Below, in pieces: positions 56,226-64,000 of a DNA stretch of 64,000 nucleotides; within the stretch, counting starts at the first letter, position 1, and every line of letters begins with the position of its first letter. This DNA is from an uncultured Candidatus Actinomarina sp. (GTDB lineage: Bacteria > Actinomycetota > Acidimicrobiia > Actinomarinales > Actinomarinaceae). The notes under the pieces are model-generated. The model saw only the letters and a list, made by a program, of their open reading frames with translations, did no database searches and was not told where the DNA came from. Where the stretch lies: positions 2,427 to 66,426 of the forward strand of contig CACJIM010000002.1 of the NCBI GenBank assembly GCA_902593475.1, written 5' to 3'. The position numbers and the translations under genes are program-made.

Positions 56226-58094
56226 ATGAAGCCTACAGACTTAAACTCTTTTAATACGTTGTCTAACCTAGTTGGGAAAGGTACCACTTTAGTGGTGCAA
56301 AGCACTCGAATGGACTTTGAAACAAACACCTATATAAGTGAACTATGGAAAAGAAGTAATGGACAGTGGAAAAGTTTTAAGACAGGTAACAATAACTTTA
56401 GTAATCCAAAATTTGGGGATAAAGAAAATACAGTTTTCTATATAAAAACAAATAGATCTGTTCAAGATAAAAGTAGGTCAAAAAAAACCTTATCAACAAT
56501 CCATATGCAAGAAGGCAGGTCTATAGATACCGTCTTTGAAGTTGAGGGAGGTATAAGTAATTATTCGCTAAGTAAAGATGGAAAGTCAATATATGTTATT
56601 ACAAGTGAATGGAGTAAAGAGTTTAAAAATATTGAAGATAAAAATTCCGAACCAATGTACTATGAAAATCTTCCTTTTCGATTTGATACTAGAGGCATAA
56701 TTTACAATAAAAGAGCCCATGTCTACAAGGTAAATATTCGAACCAAAAAATTCACCAAAATTATTGATGGCGATACAAAAGATATTATTTCTATTGAATC
56801 ATTGGTGGAGGGTGGCAAGGGTCTTGTGCTTTCTTTTGACCAATACAACTCTAAAGGAACCATGTTAGAAGAGAAAATTGGAGCAATAGAAAGTTCGAAA
56901 ATTAAAGAAATTTACTCAAAAGGCAGCATGGGAAATCTTTTTTATTACGAAGATGGACTTCATGCAGTAGGAATGAGAAAAAGATTTGACTGGCCTACAA
57001 ATACAACTGTTTTAAAAATTTCAAATACTGGAAAAGTATCTTACAAGTACCATTCATTTGATAGAAATATAGTTAAAGCAGAAGTGAATGAAGGTATTCT
57101 CTATTTCTTGTACGAAGACTCTGGAAAAACTTTATTACGAGATGGAACAAACAATATAGATCTAATAAATTCAGAAGTTACAATTAAAGATTTTGCATTT
57201 AACAATGAAAAAACGTATGTAATAGCAAATTCATTTTCAAACCCTGATGAAATATACGAGTTAAGTAATGGTCAACTTACAGAAATTTCTAAAGCTAATG
57301 AATCTTTTACAAAAAATGTCAAAACTTGGGATTGTCAATATGAAAGAATTGATACCGGTAAATCTGAGATAGATGCTTGGGGAATTTTTGTAGGCAAAGA
57401 TAAGCCAACAATCTTAAATATACATGGTGGACCTGCAAGCCAGTATGCTTTTACGTTTTTTGATGAGTTTCAAACATATGCTTCGGCTGGTTTTAATGTT
57501 ATTGCTTGTAACCCAAGAGGGTCGAGCGGTAGAGGTCATGATTTCTTAAGAGATGTGTGCGGCAATAAGTGGGGTGTTACAGATATGCATGATGTTCTTA
57601 CTTCATTTAAAAGTATGAAAAAAATAATGGGTATTACAAATAAAAATGACGGAATTATGGGCGGCTCGTATGGTGGTTTTATGACATCTTGGATCATCAG
57701 TCATCATCCGAATATGTTTAAATCTGCAATTGTTGAAAGAGCACTTCTAAATTGGGAAACAATGGTCGGAACATCTGATATAGGAATAGGTTTTCCTGAG
57801 ATGTATTTGCTTGATGATATGGATAAAAATATAAATTTATACAGAAAGAAAAGTCCTATCACTTATGCATCAAATATTAAAACTCCTACCCTCATTCTTC
57901 ACTCACAAGAAGACTACAGGTGCCCAATAGAACAAGCGGAGCAGTTATTTTCTAACCTTAAAAGAAGGGGTATAAAAACAGCAATGCTAAGGTTCCCAGG
58001 TGAAAGTCACGAACTTTCTAGATCTGGAACGCCAAATCATAGGAAACAAAGATTTGATCACGTCATAAAATGGCACAAAGATAATTTAACTTAA
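56226..58094 (+). CDS. S9-family (acylaminoacyl/dipeptidyl) peptidase
   Basis: IHGGP, NPRGSSG, GGSYGG, DYRCP, ESHELSRSG. Confidence 0.92.
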   Translation: MKPTDLNSFNTLSNLVGKGTTLVVQSTRMDFETNTYISELWKRSNGQWKSFKTGNNNFSNPKFGDKENTVFYIKTNRSVQDKSRSKKTLSTIHMQEGRSIDTVFEVEGGISNYSLSKDGKSIYVITSEWSKEFKNIEDKNSEPMYYENLPFRFDTRGIIYNKRAHVYKVNIRTKKFTKIIDGDTKDIISIESLVEGGKGLVLSFDQYNSKGTMLEEKIGAIESSKIKEIYSKGSMGNLFYYEDGLHAVGMRKRFDWPTNTTVLKISNTGKVSYKYHSFDRNIVKAEVNEGILYFLYEDSGKTLLRDGTNNIDLINSEVTIKDFAFNNEKTYVIANSFSNPDEIYELSNGQLTEISKANESFTKNVKTWDCQYERIDTGKSEIDAWGIFVGKDKPTILNIHGGPASQYAFTFFDEFQTYASAGFNVIACNPRGSSGRGHDFLRDVCGNKWGVTDMHDVLTSFKSMKKIMGITNKNDGIMGGSYGGFMTSWIISHHPNMFKSAIVERALLNWETMVGTSDIGIGFPEMYLLDDMDKNINLYRKKSPITYASNIKTPTLILHSQEDYRCPIEQAEQLFSNLKRRGIKTAMLRFPGESHELSRSGTPNHRKQRFDHVIKWHKDNLT

Positions 58095-58125
58095 CTTTCG
58101 TCTTCACATCCACATTCAGGACACA

Positions 58126-58503
58126 TCATTTTTCACCTCCCTTTTCTTCTAATCTGATAATTGCCCTATTTTCATCGGGCCCTTTCATAATCATTTTTGC
58201 CATCATTCCATATTTTTTTCTAATTACATCTGCAGCCTGCTTTTTTAGATCTACATCCTCTATGAGTGATGCTTTTAAGTCTATGCTTTCTGATAGCTTT
58301 TTAGAACCACTTTGGTTGGTAATATAAATTGTTGCTTGGCCATTGTTTCTAACCCTCTTCACTTTTCCTGCATTTAGACTTGTTGTTATAACTAGTGAAT
58401 TAGAAAAGTCTGCAACCCATACTGGAGTTGTGATAGGTGTTTTATCTCTTTTATAAGTTATAAGATTTATATATTCAACACCAGTGAAGTCTTTAAGATT
58501 CAT
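58126..58503 (-). CDS. PPOX-class F420-dependent oxidoreductase
   Basis: LITYKRD..PITTPVW, GKVKRVRNN. Confidence 0.85.
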   Translation of the reverse strand: MNLKDFTGVEYINLITYKRDKTPITTPVWVADFSNSLVITTSLNAGKVKRVRNNGQATIYITNQSGSKKLSESIDLKASLIEDVDLKKQAADVIRKKYGMMAKMIMKGPDENRAIIRLEEKGGEK

Positions 58504-58512
58504 AACTTTATT

Positions 58513-58638
58513 TTAAAAATAATTTAACAATAGTTCAGGAAGTTGTTTAAATCTTCTTGCTGTGTCATCTTCAGAAAAAAGTATGTACAAAAGCAACAAA
58601 ATTAGAATCACCCTTGTTGGAGTTATTTTTCTAAACAT
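58513..58638 (-). CDS. Unannotated 41-aa single-TM peptide
   Basis: MFRKITPTRVILILLLLYILFSEDDTARRFKQLPELLLNYF; TAGCAT plus 6 nt before ATG. Confidence 0.55.
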   Translation of the reverse strand: MFRKITPTRVILILLLLYILFSEDDTARRFKQLPELLLNYF

Positions 58639-58664
58639 AGAAATATGCTAAATATGTTCAATAT

Positions 58665-58699
58665 AAAAAAAAGGGATTTTTTTAAAAATCCCTTTTTTT
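58665..58699. terminator. Bidirectional intrinsic terminator
   Basis: A8-GGGATTTT-loop-AAAATCCC-T7, just downstream of the five-gene operon. Confidence 0.85.
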
Positions 58700-58724
58700 C
58701 TATGCGTTATCTATTCACAAAGAT

Positions 58725-59360
58725 TTATGTTGGAGTATCTCCTTCATTAAAATCAATAAACAACTTACCTGCATATACAGGTCCCATATAAGCTATTGTG
58801 CTTCCATCAAACATTTCGGACTCTGATTCGCTGTCCAACGCTGCTTGTAGTTTTTCAACAGCTGCATTCATGTCTTCTTCGGAATCCCAGAAGTTCCAGC
58901 TAATTGCGCTACTTCCATCAAAAATAGCCCCAGTTACCTGTAGTCCTTCGGACTCCTCATAAATTGGTTCTACTTTTTCTTTAAGGAAGCTTAAGACTGC
59001 ATCTGTGTCTTTTGCAACACCAACAACCAGCCTTAAATAGCTCGGTCTTGTACTCTCTTTGGCCATAGTCTGATAAACCTTGCCATATACTGCATCTCCC
59101 TGATAAATCACCGGAGGTGCAGAGAACATGCTTGCTGCTTCAGATAATACGCCTTGTATTTTTTCTTCTACAGCTTCTGCAGCTGCTTTACTTTCGTAAG
59201 CAGACAAGTTTATGCCGGAAGTCTCCCCTGTAATGGCTGCCATCATTGTTAGTAATCCTGGTGTGTCATCAAACCCTGGCATCACTTTTTCTTTAACAAA
59301 CGATATAGCCTCATCTTTTTTACCATCCTGTAAGGCTGGCAAAGTTATTCTAAAATACAT
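58725..59360 (-). CDS. Tandem dimeric alpha-beta barrel (ABM/YdhR-like) protein 2
   Basis: Two ~100-aa repeats: R..., P....PGL, SAYESKAAA / NFWDSEEDM. Confidence 0.65.
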   Translation of the reverse strand: MYFRITLPALQDGKKDEAISFVKEKVMPGFDDTPGLLTMMAAITGETSGINLSAYESKAAAEAVEEKIQGVLSEAASMFSAPPVIYQGDAVYGKVYQTMAKESTRPSYLRLVVGVAKDTDAVLSFLKEKVEPIYEESEGLQVTGAIFDGSSAISWNFWDSEEDMNAAVEKLQAALDSESESEMFDGSTIAYMGPVYAGKLFIDFNEGDTPT

Positions 59361-59378
59361 AACTACCTTTCTACTTTA

Positions 59379-60002
59379 TTACTCACTTGGTGAATGTGAC
59401 TGAAATGCAACACTTATTCCAAAAACAAATATTGGAAACAAGACTACTCCACCAATTATGAATACTGGAACAAAAGCTGCGGCAGGCACTAATCCAAATA
59501 ACGATCCAAGCTGTACAGCAATTACTAAGTATGCGGCTCCTTGACCAGACATTCTTGCCCAAGAAGGGACAAGATTATTTTCATCAGCACTAATGAGACA
59601 TAGTGCCCATATACCATAAAGTATAAATGTCACAGTCTGCCCAATATTCGAAACTGCTCCTGCTTGATCAGTTGAAAGAACTGTTTCAAAAACTGCATTA
59701 TTATTTGCAGTAGCTGACAGTGTTCCCGTTAACTGTATAACAGCTGCAGCAAATAAAATTCTTCCTACAATTCTAAAATAAGGATTGTTTTCACCAAATA
59801 ACTGACGAGTCAGTTGTATAGTAAATAAAAATCCAAATATTTGAACAAACGATACAACATCTACAATCGCACCATATTGTGAACTGTACCCAACTTGGTC
59901 TGGACCAATCAGTAGAGCCTGAATTCCAAATATTATGATAGTTCCAATAGCGGCAATTCTTGCCATGGTTACACCAAGTTGGGATTCTTTCTTACTCAAC
60001 AT
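59379..60002 (-). CDS. Uncharacterised 6-TM protein C
   Basis: Six hydrophobic segments; GIWAL, VPSW; SD AAAGGA. Confidence 0.7.
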   Translation of the reverse strand: MLSKKESQLGVTMARIAAIGTIIIFGIQALLIGPDQVGYSSQYGAIVDVVSFVQIFGFLFTIQLTRQLFGENNPYFRIVGRILFAAAVIQLTGTLSATANNNAVFETVLSTDQAGAVSNIGQTVTFILYGIWALCLISADENNLVPSWARMSGQGAAYLVIAVQLGSLFGLVPAAAFVPVFIIGGVVLFPIFVFGISVAFQSHSPSE

Positions 60003-60015
60003 AATTATTTCCTTT

Positions 60016-60657
60016 CTACATTTTTCCTACAGGAAAATCAACATAGTTTTTCCAAACCGTGCAATCCCCTGTTAGCTCTTGTGGAGCTTCTTTTATCAAA
60101 CTTGCAACAGCATCTTGTACGACATTTGCAATTACATCCGATGCTGCGTGTGCAGCGTCATGGCTAGTCCAAAAATTGAAACTAAAACCACTATTGTCGT
60201 CAACTTTGCATGCAGCAGTAGCAAATATACCATCAACATTTTCATATGCTGGATAGACAGTGTTTGTCATAAACTCTGCAACATCATCATAGGTTTTACC
60301 TTCTTGAGTTCCGCCGCCTAATACAAATCTTGCAAAAAATGGGTCTTTACCATCTTTTGGAACCATAATGTATTGTTGTCCTGCAACCATTGGCCCTTCA
60401 AGTATTGTTGGAGGTTCTGTAATGAAATCGGCTAATCCTGAAAGGTTTTGTTGAAACTCTGACATTGCAGCTTCTTTTGCTTCATTATTCACCCAAGTAG
60501 TCCATGCCATAAGTTGTCCAGCATTGTTAATACAAGCTGCAGCACCAAGAAGTCCACTTACTTGATCATATACAGGTATTGCTACATCTCTAAAGTAATT
60601 TAGAGCGTCTTCTGTCATTCCTTCTTTAGGGTTCGCTAATCCTAGTCTTACATACAT
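60016..60657 (-). CDS. Tandem dimeric alpha-beta barrel (ABM/YdhR-like) protein 1
   Basis: Two repeats: PVYDQVSGL..TTWVNNEA / PAYENVDGI..NFWTSHDAA; paralog of 58725-59360. Confidence 0.65.
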   Translation of the reverse strand: MYVRLGLANPKEGMTEDALNYFRDVAIPVYDQVSGLLGAAACINNAGQLMAWTTWVNNEAKEAAMSEFQQNLSGLADFITEPPTILEGPMVAGQQYIMVPKDGKDPFFARFVLGGGTQEGKTYDDVAEFMTNTVYPAYENVDGIFATAACKVDDNSGFSFNFWTSHDAAHAASDVIANVVQDAVASLIKEAPQELTGDCTVWKNYVDFPVGKM

Positions 60658-60660
60658 AAG

Positions 60661-61197
60661 TTACTCTTTTTTATTCCAAGCAAGTAGTGGTCCTACTCCG
60701 ACACCTGCAATAAATGTTAACCAACCAACAAACTGCAGTGGAGAGTCGTCTGCAATGATACTAGTTCCAGTAATAAATTCACTACCAGCTCCAACAATCC
60801 CAAATAATCCAGCAATAATTGCGGCGTATCTCCAAATATTGCCGATCACACCTTCAGAAGTCACACCTAGACCTAGTATTACAAATCCAAAAAATGTCCA
60901 AACCCCAGAAGTATTTAGATCTTCGTTAACACCAAGAAGTGATGCAACAAGCACTGCTGCAGCAATCATTGCGTATCCTTGTCTCCAATCTTCAGGAACT
61001 GTATCTCCTTGAAGGTCTTTCAATCCTAAAAGTATTCCTACAAGTGAAAAGGACCAGAATATTTGAAGTACATTATCAAAATTTCCATAATCTATTTCGG
61101 CTATACCTCCAACAAACCAAACCACATTTATAGCTATAAACATATAAGCTGCTTGTTGTGCTCCTTCTTTAGGTTCTTGTATAAAGAACTTTTTCAT
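60661..61197 (-). CDS. Uncharacterised 6-TM protein B
   Basis: MKKFF start, WSFSL, VPEDW, LAW end; SD AGGAG. Confidence 0.7.
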   Translation of the reverse strand: MKKFFIQEPKEGAQQAAYMFIAINVVWFVGGIAEIDYGNFDNVLQIFWSFSLVGILLGLKDLQGDTVPEDWRQGYAMIAAAVLVASLLGVNEDLNTSGVWTFFGFVILGLGVTSEGVIGNIWRYAAIIAGLFGIVGAGSEFITGTSIIADDSPLQFVGWLTFIAGVGVGPLLAWNKKE

Positions 61198-61236
61198 TTT
61201 TTCTCCTATTCTTTTATTTTTCTTACTTTAAACTTT

Positions 61237-61812
61237 TTACTCATTTGTACTTGAGGCCAACTTATCCCCCCAAGCAACATAGCTTCCGTATCCAAAACCT
61301 ATAATCATAGAGATCCATGCGATTCCAAAGAGTGGCTGGATGGATTCTGGTGGTGTATAGTCAAAAAATAAACCTGCACCCGAACCAACAAGGATACCGG
61401 TAAAAGCAAAAATACTTAAGTATTCGTATACTGGTCTAAAAACTCCAGTTCCTCTTATTGTCAAAATATAGGTTAATGAGTTAAATGCCCATATAAAATA
61501 CATTCCACTAAATCCAGTTTCACGGAATTCTGGTACTGATATCTCAATAAGTGTTCCGAGTATTAACACTGCTCCTAAAATGACAGTAGCCATTTTCCAG
61601 TAATTGGGGACTTGACCTTCTATTAAATAATAGCTACCGATAACTATCGACGTTAATGTAAATGCCCAAGCAAAGTTGAATATTCTATTTACTCCATCAA
61701 CAGACTCAAATAGTTCAAATCCTGTCCCAATTAAATAAATATTACAAGCGATAAATCCAAGAGCGTTTTGCCTTACAAGACTGCCTATCGGCTGTGTAAA
61801 GAATTTTTTCAT
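61237..61812 (-). CDS. Uncharacterised 6-TM protein A
   Basis: MKKFF start, WAFTL, VPNYW, VAW end; paralog of B. Confidence 0.7.
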   Translation of the reverse strand: MKKFFTQPIGSLVRQNALGFIACNIYLIGTGFELFESVDGVNRIFNFAWAFTLTSIVIGSYYLIEGQVPNYWKMATVILGAVLILGTLIEISVPEFRETGFSGMYFIWAFNSLTYILTIRGTGVFRPVYEYLSIFAFTGILVGSGAGLFFDYTPPESIQPLFGIAWISMIIGFGYGSYVAWGDKLASSTNE

Positions 61813-61844
61813 AAGTTAACCTACCTTCCATAAGCTCCCTCATA

Positions 61845-61881
61845 TGTAATTGTTGATGTAATTTAACTTCCTTAAATTACA
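61845..61881. promoter_or_regulatory. Palindromic operator candidate upstream of the five-gene operon
   Basis: TGTAATTTAA-cttcc-TTAAATTACA perfect 10-5-10 repeat at 61857-61881, plus an extra TGTAATT half-site at 61845. Confidence 0.55.
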
Positions 61882-61959
61882 AGGCAAGTCTAATGAAATT
61901 TATATAAGGATGTATAAAATTTTGTAAATTTTTAACTTATTTCAATAAAATCAGGGTAA

Positions 61960-63255
61960 TTAAATATTTTTTAAAGTTTTTAGAAGACTTTCTATAAGCA
62001 TTTCAATGTGATCAATTTGGACACTTTCATTTGGTGCATGAGCATTTCCTAGTTCTTCATCAGCAGCACCTACTAATACAAGTTCCGCATTAGGAAACTC
62101 TCTAACAAAATCATTAGCAAAAGGTATTGAGCCACCAACTCCAATATAAGCAGTCTCGTTTTCCCAAATTGAATTAAAGCTACTAACCAACTCTTTTGTA
62201 AATGGTTTACTAGGGTCTGCAACTACACCAGAGCCTTTGGAGTTTGGAATAAATTTAACAGAAGCATTCCATGGAATGTTCTTCATTACATGTTCTTCAA
62301 GCATTTTCATAGCGTGCTCTGGGTCTTCTGTTGGGGGAAGTCTAAGGCTAATTTTTGCACTAGCTTTGGGAATGACTAAATTTACTGCGTCTTTAACTGG
62401 GGGTGCGTCAATTGCTAAGACATCTAATGCTGGTTCTAACCAGAGTCTTTTTGAAATACTCTCTGTATCAAAGAGATTGATTTCATCTGATCCGAGCATT
62501 TTTTTTGTATAAGATTCATCAAGCTCCGCAACATTCATATCAGTTGGTGTTAATCCTTCAATTTGTAAATTACCTTTGTCATCGTGAAAAGAAGCAATTA
62601 TCTTACTTAAAACCATAAAAGCATCAGGAACAACTCCACCTCCCATGCCGGAATGTACAGGCCTCATTGGTTGGTCAACTTCAATAAATCCGTCAACTAA
62701 ACCTCGAAGTGTTGTTGTGATAGTTGGTACACCTATCTTCACATTTGCCGAATCAGCAATGACGATTACATCAGCTTCTAATGCTTCTCTGTTTTGTTCA
62801 ATAAAATCTGACATAGTGGGAGAACCAATCTCTTCTTCACCCTCTATAAAAATACGGATATTTACTGGTAAATCATTTAAGAGTTGTTTTACAACATTAT
62901 AATGAACAACTACTCCTGCTTTATTATCACCAGAACCTCTGCCGTAAAGTCTTCCATCTTTCAAAACGGGGTTAAATGGTTCTGTATCCCACAAACTTAA
63001 ATCACCAACTGGCTGAACATCATGGTGGGCATATAGTAAAACCGTTTTTTTTGAAGGGTCAATTTCTGTATGGGCTATAACAGCTGGCATTCCACCTGCA
63101 ACTTTTATTACTTGAGTGTTTAATCCCAGGTCAGCAAACAAGTTTTCTACAAAATGTGCTGAAGCATCAACATCGTCCCTATGGTTTTTGTCAGAACTGA
63201 TAGATTTTATCTCAACCATCTCAGATAATAAATTAATAATTTCTTCTTGGGCCAT
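61960..63255 (-). CDS. M20-family dipeptidase
   Basis: YAHHDVQP, YGRGSGDNKAG, IEGEEEIGS, HSG, GGSIP, AHAPNES. Confidence 0.92.
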   Translation of the reverse strand: MAQEEIINLLSEMVEIKSISSDKNHRDDVDASAHFVENLFADLGLNTQVIKVAGGMPAVIAHTEIDPSKKTVLLYAHHDVQPVGDLSLWDTEPFNPVLKDGRLYGRGSGDNKAGVVVHYNVVKQLLNDLPVNIRIFIEGEEEIGSPTMSDFIEQNREALEADVIVIADSANVKIGVPTITTTLRGLVDGFIEVDQPMRPVHSGMGGGVVPDAFMVLSKIIASFHDDKGNLQIEGLTPTDMNVAELDESYTKKMLGSDEINLFDTESISKRLWLEPALDVLAIDAPPVKDAVNLVIPKASAKISLRLPPTEDPEHAMKMLEEHVMKNIPWNASVKFIPNSKGSGVVADPSKPFTKELVSSFNSIWENETAYIGVGGSIPFANDFVREFPNAELVLVGAADEELGNAHAPNESVQIDHIEMLIESLLKTLKNI

Positions 63256-63281
63256 AGGAATATTTTAAGGCTAAAAAATAT

Positions 63282-64000
63282 TTACTCGTAGGAGATAGCT
63301 TCGAGTATATTCTGCCTCGCTGCTCTAATTGCGGGAAGAATTGCTGCAATAACGCCCGCAATTATGGCGATGCCAATCCATAAGAATGTCTGTGGAATAG
63401 AAACAGCAAATACAGTAAAGCCTTCATCAGCTAATGTCTGAATCAAGCTCCATGCAAAGAATATTCCTAACCCTGTACCAAGAGCGGCACCAAATATTGA
63501 AATAATAGAAGACTCTATAAAAATCATTCTTCTTATTTGTTTTCTATAAGTTCCTATTGCCCTCATTAATCCTATTTCCCTTGTTCTTTCATAAACCGAT
63601 AAAGAGAGTGTGTTTGTAATACCAAATAGAGCTACAAAAATAGATATGGAAAGAAATCCATAAATTACATTTAAAAGTAATTGTATTTGATTATTGGCTT
63701 CTTCAACTAAACCATCTTCATCTCTTACTTCAACACCAGGATATTCATCAACAATTGCGTTTATTTTCTCTTCTAATTCAGGAGTTTTTTTGCTTACATT
63801 GAAATACAATTCTGTATCAAGTGATTCGTCAGCAAAAAAAGTATTGTTTTCAAGAAGTACAAAAAATTCAGCCGGTGGTTGAGTGGTCCAGTCAAAAATG
63901 TAGGTGACAGTAAAAGTTTTTTCTCCTTCTTCAGGAATTGTTAGTACAACCTCATCTCCTACAAAGAGTTCTTCTCTTTCGGCAGTCTGTTTTAATATTC
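63282..64000 (-). CDS. FtsX/MacB-like ABC transporter permease (partial; open to window end)
   Basis: GITNTLSLSVYERTREIGLMRAIG, LPAIRAAR; the frame stays open from 63809 to 64000. Confidence 0.9.
   Translation of the reverse strand, partial: ILKQTAEREELFVGDEVVLTIPEEGEKTFTVTYIFDWTTQPPAEFFVLLENNTFFADESLDTELYFNVSKKTPELEEKINAIVDEYPGVEVRDEDGLVEEANNQIQLLLNVIYGFLSISIFVALFGITNTLSLSVYERTREIGLMRAIGTYRKQIRRMIFIESSIISIFGAALGTGLGIFFAWSLIQTLADEGFTVFAVSIPQTFLWIGIAIIAGVIAAILPAIRAARQNILEAISYE

Noticed and set aside
59379-61812. 6-TM proteins as rhodopsins
   Set aside because: Only about six helices, and no lysine within the last helix for retinal attachment.
3420-63882. Numerous antisense or alternate-frame ORFs in the track (e.g. 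3420-3746, 4951-5253, 19575-19967, 26012-26533, 39387-39878, 62237-62512)
   Set aside because: They are fully nested in well-supported genes and show no recognisable motifs; typical shadows.
1-64000. CRISPR array, IS elements, integrase, prophage, rRNA, selC, selD
   Set aside because: No repeat-spacer periodicity or recognisable motifs were seen by eye; absence applies to this window only.

Overview
AT-rich (about 30% GC by eye, not computed), very densely packed chromosomal segment of a streamlined actinobacterium. WhiB, GlnR, type II glutamine synthetase, a PPOX/F420 enzyme and the rpsF-ssb-rpsR-rplI-dnaB block, together with the low GC, point by inference to a marine Acidimicrobiia such as Ca. 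Actinomarinales. Contents in order: a tRNA-bounded surface-glycan region (1-7.8 kb; tRNA-Phe, -Asp, -Lys, -Arg(UCG)); argS; divergent glnII/glnR; Fe-S genes with a coupled mrp-selA-selB operon; a complete mannitol-type PTS; dnaB and ribosomal genes; a queuosine/nucleoside salvage neighbourhood; an accessory stretch (P450, ceramidase, lipoproteins, MFS); divergent tRNA-Ala/Ile; a solitary CbiM with a palindromic operator; a TPP-riboswitch sodium:solute symporter; and an uncharacterised five-gene operon of three related 6-TM proteins plus two tandem ABM-like barrel proteins, which is the best candidate for a new system. I saw no CRISPR array, IS element, integrase, rRNA, selC, selD or selenoprotein gene. 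All product calls come from motifs recognised by eye; no database searches were run.
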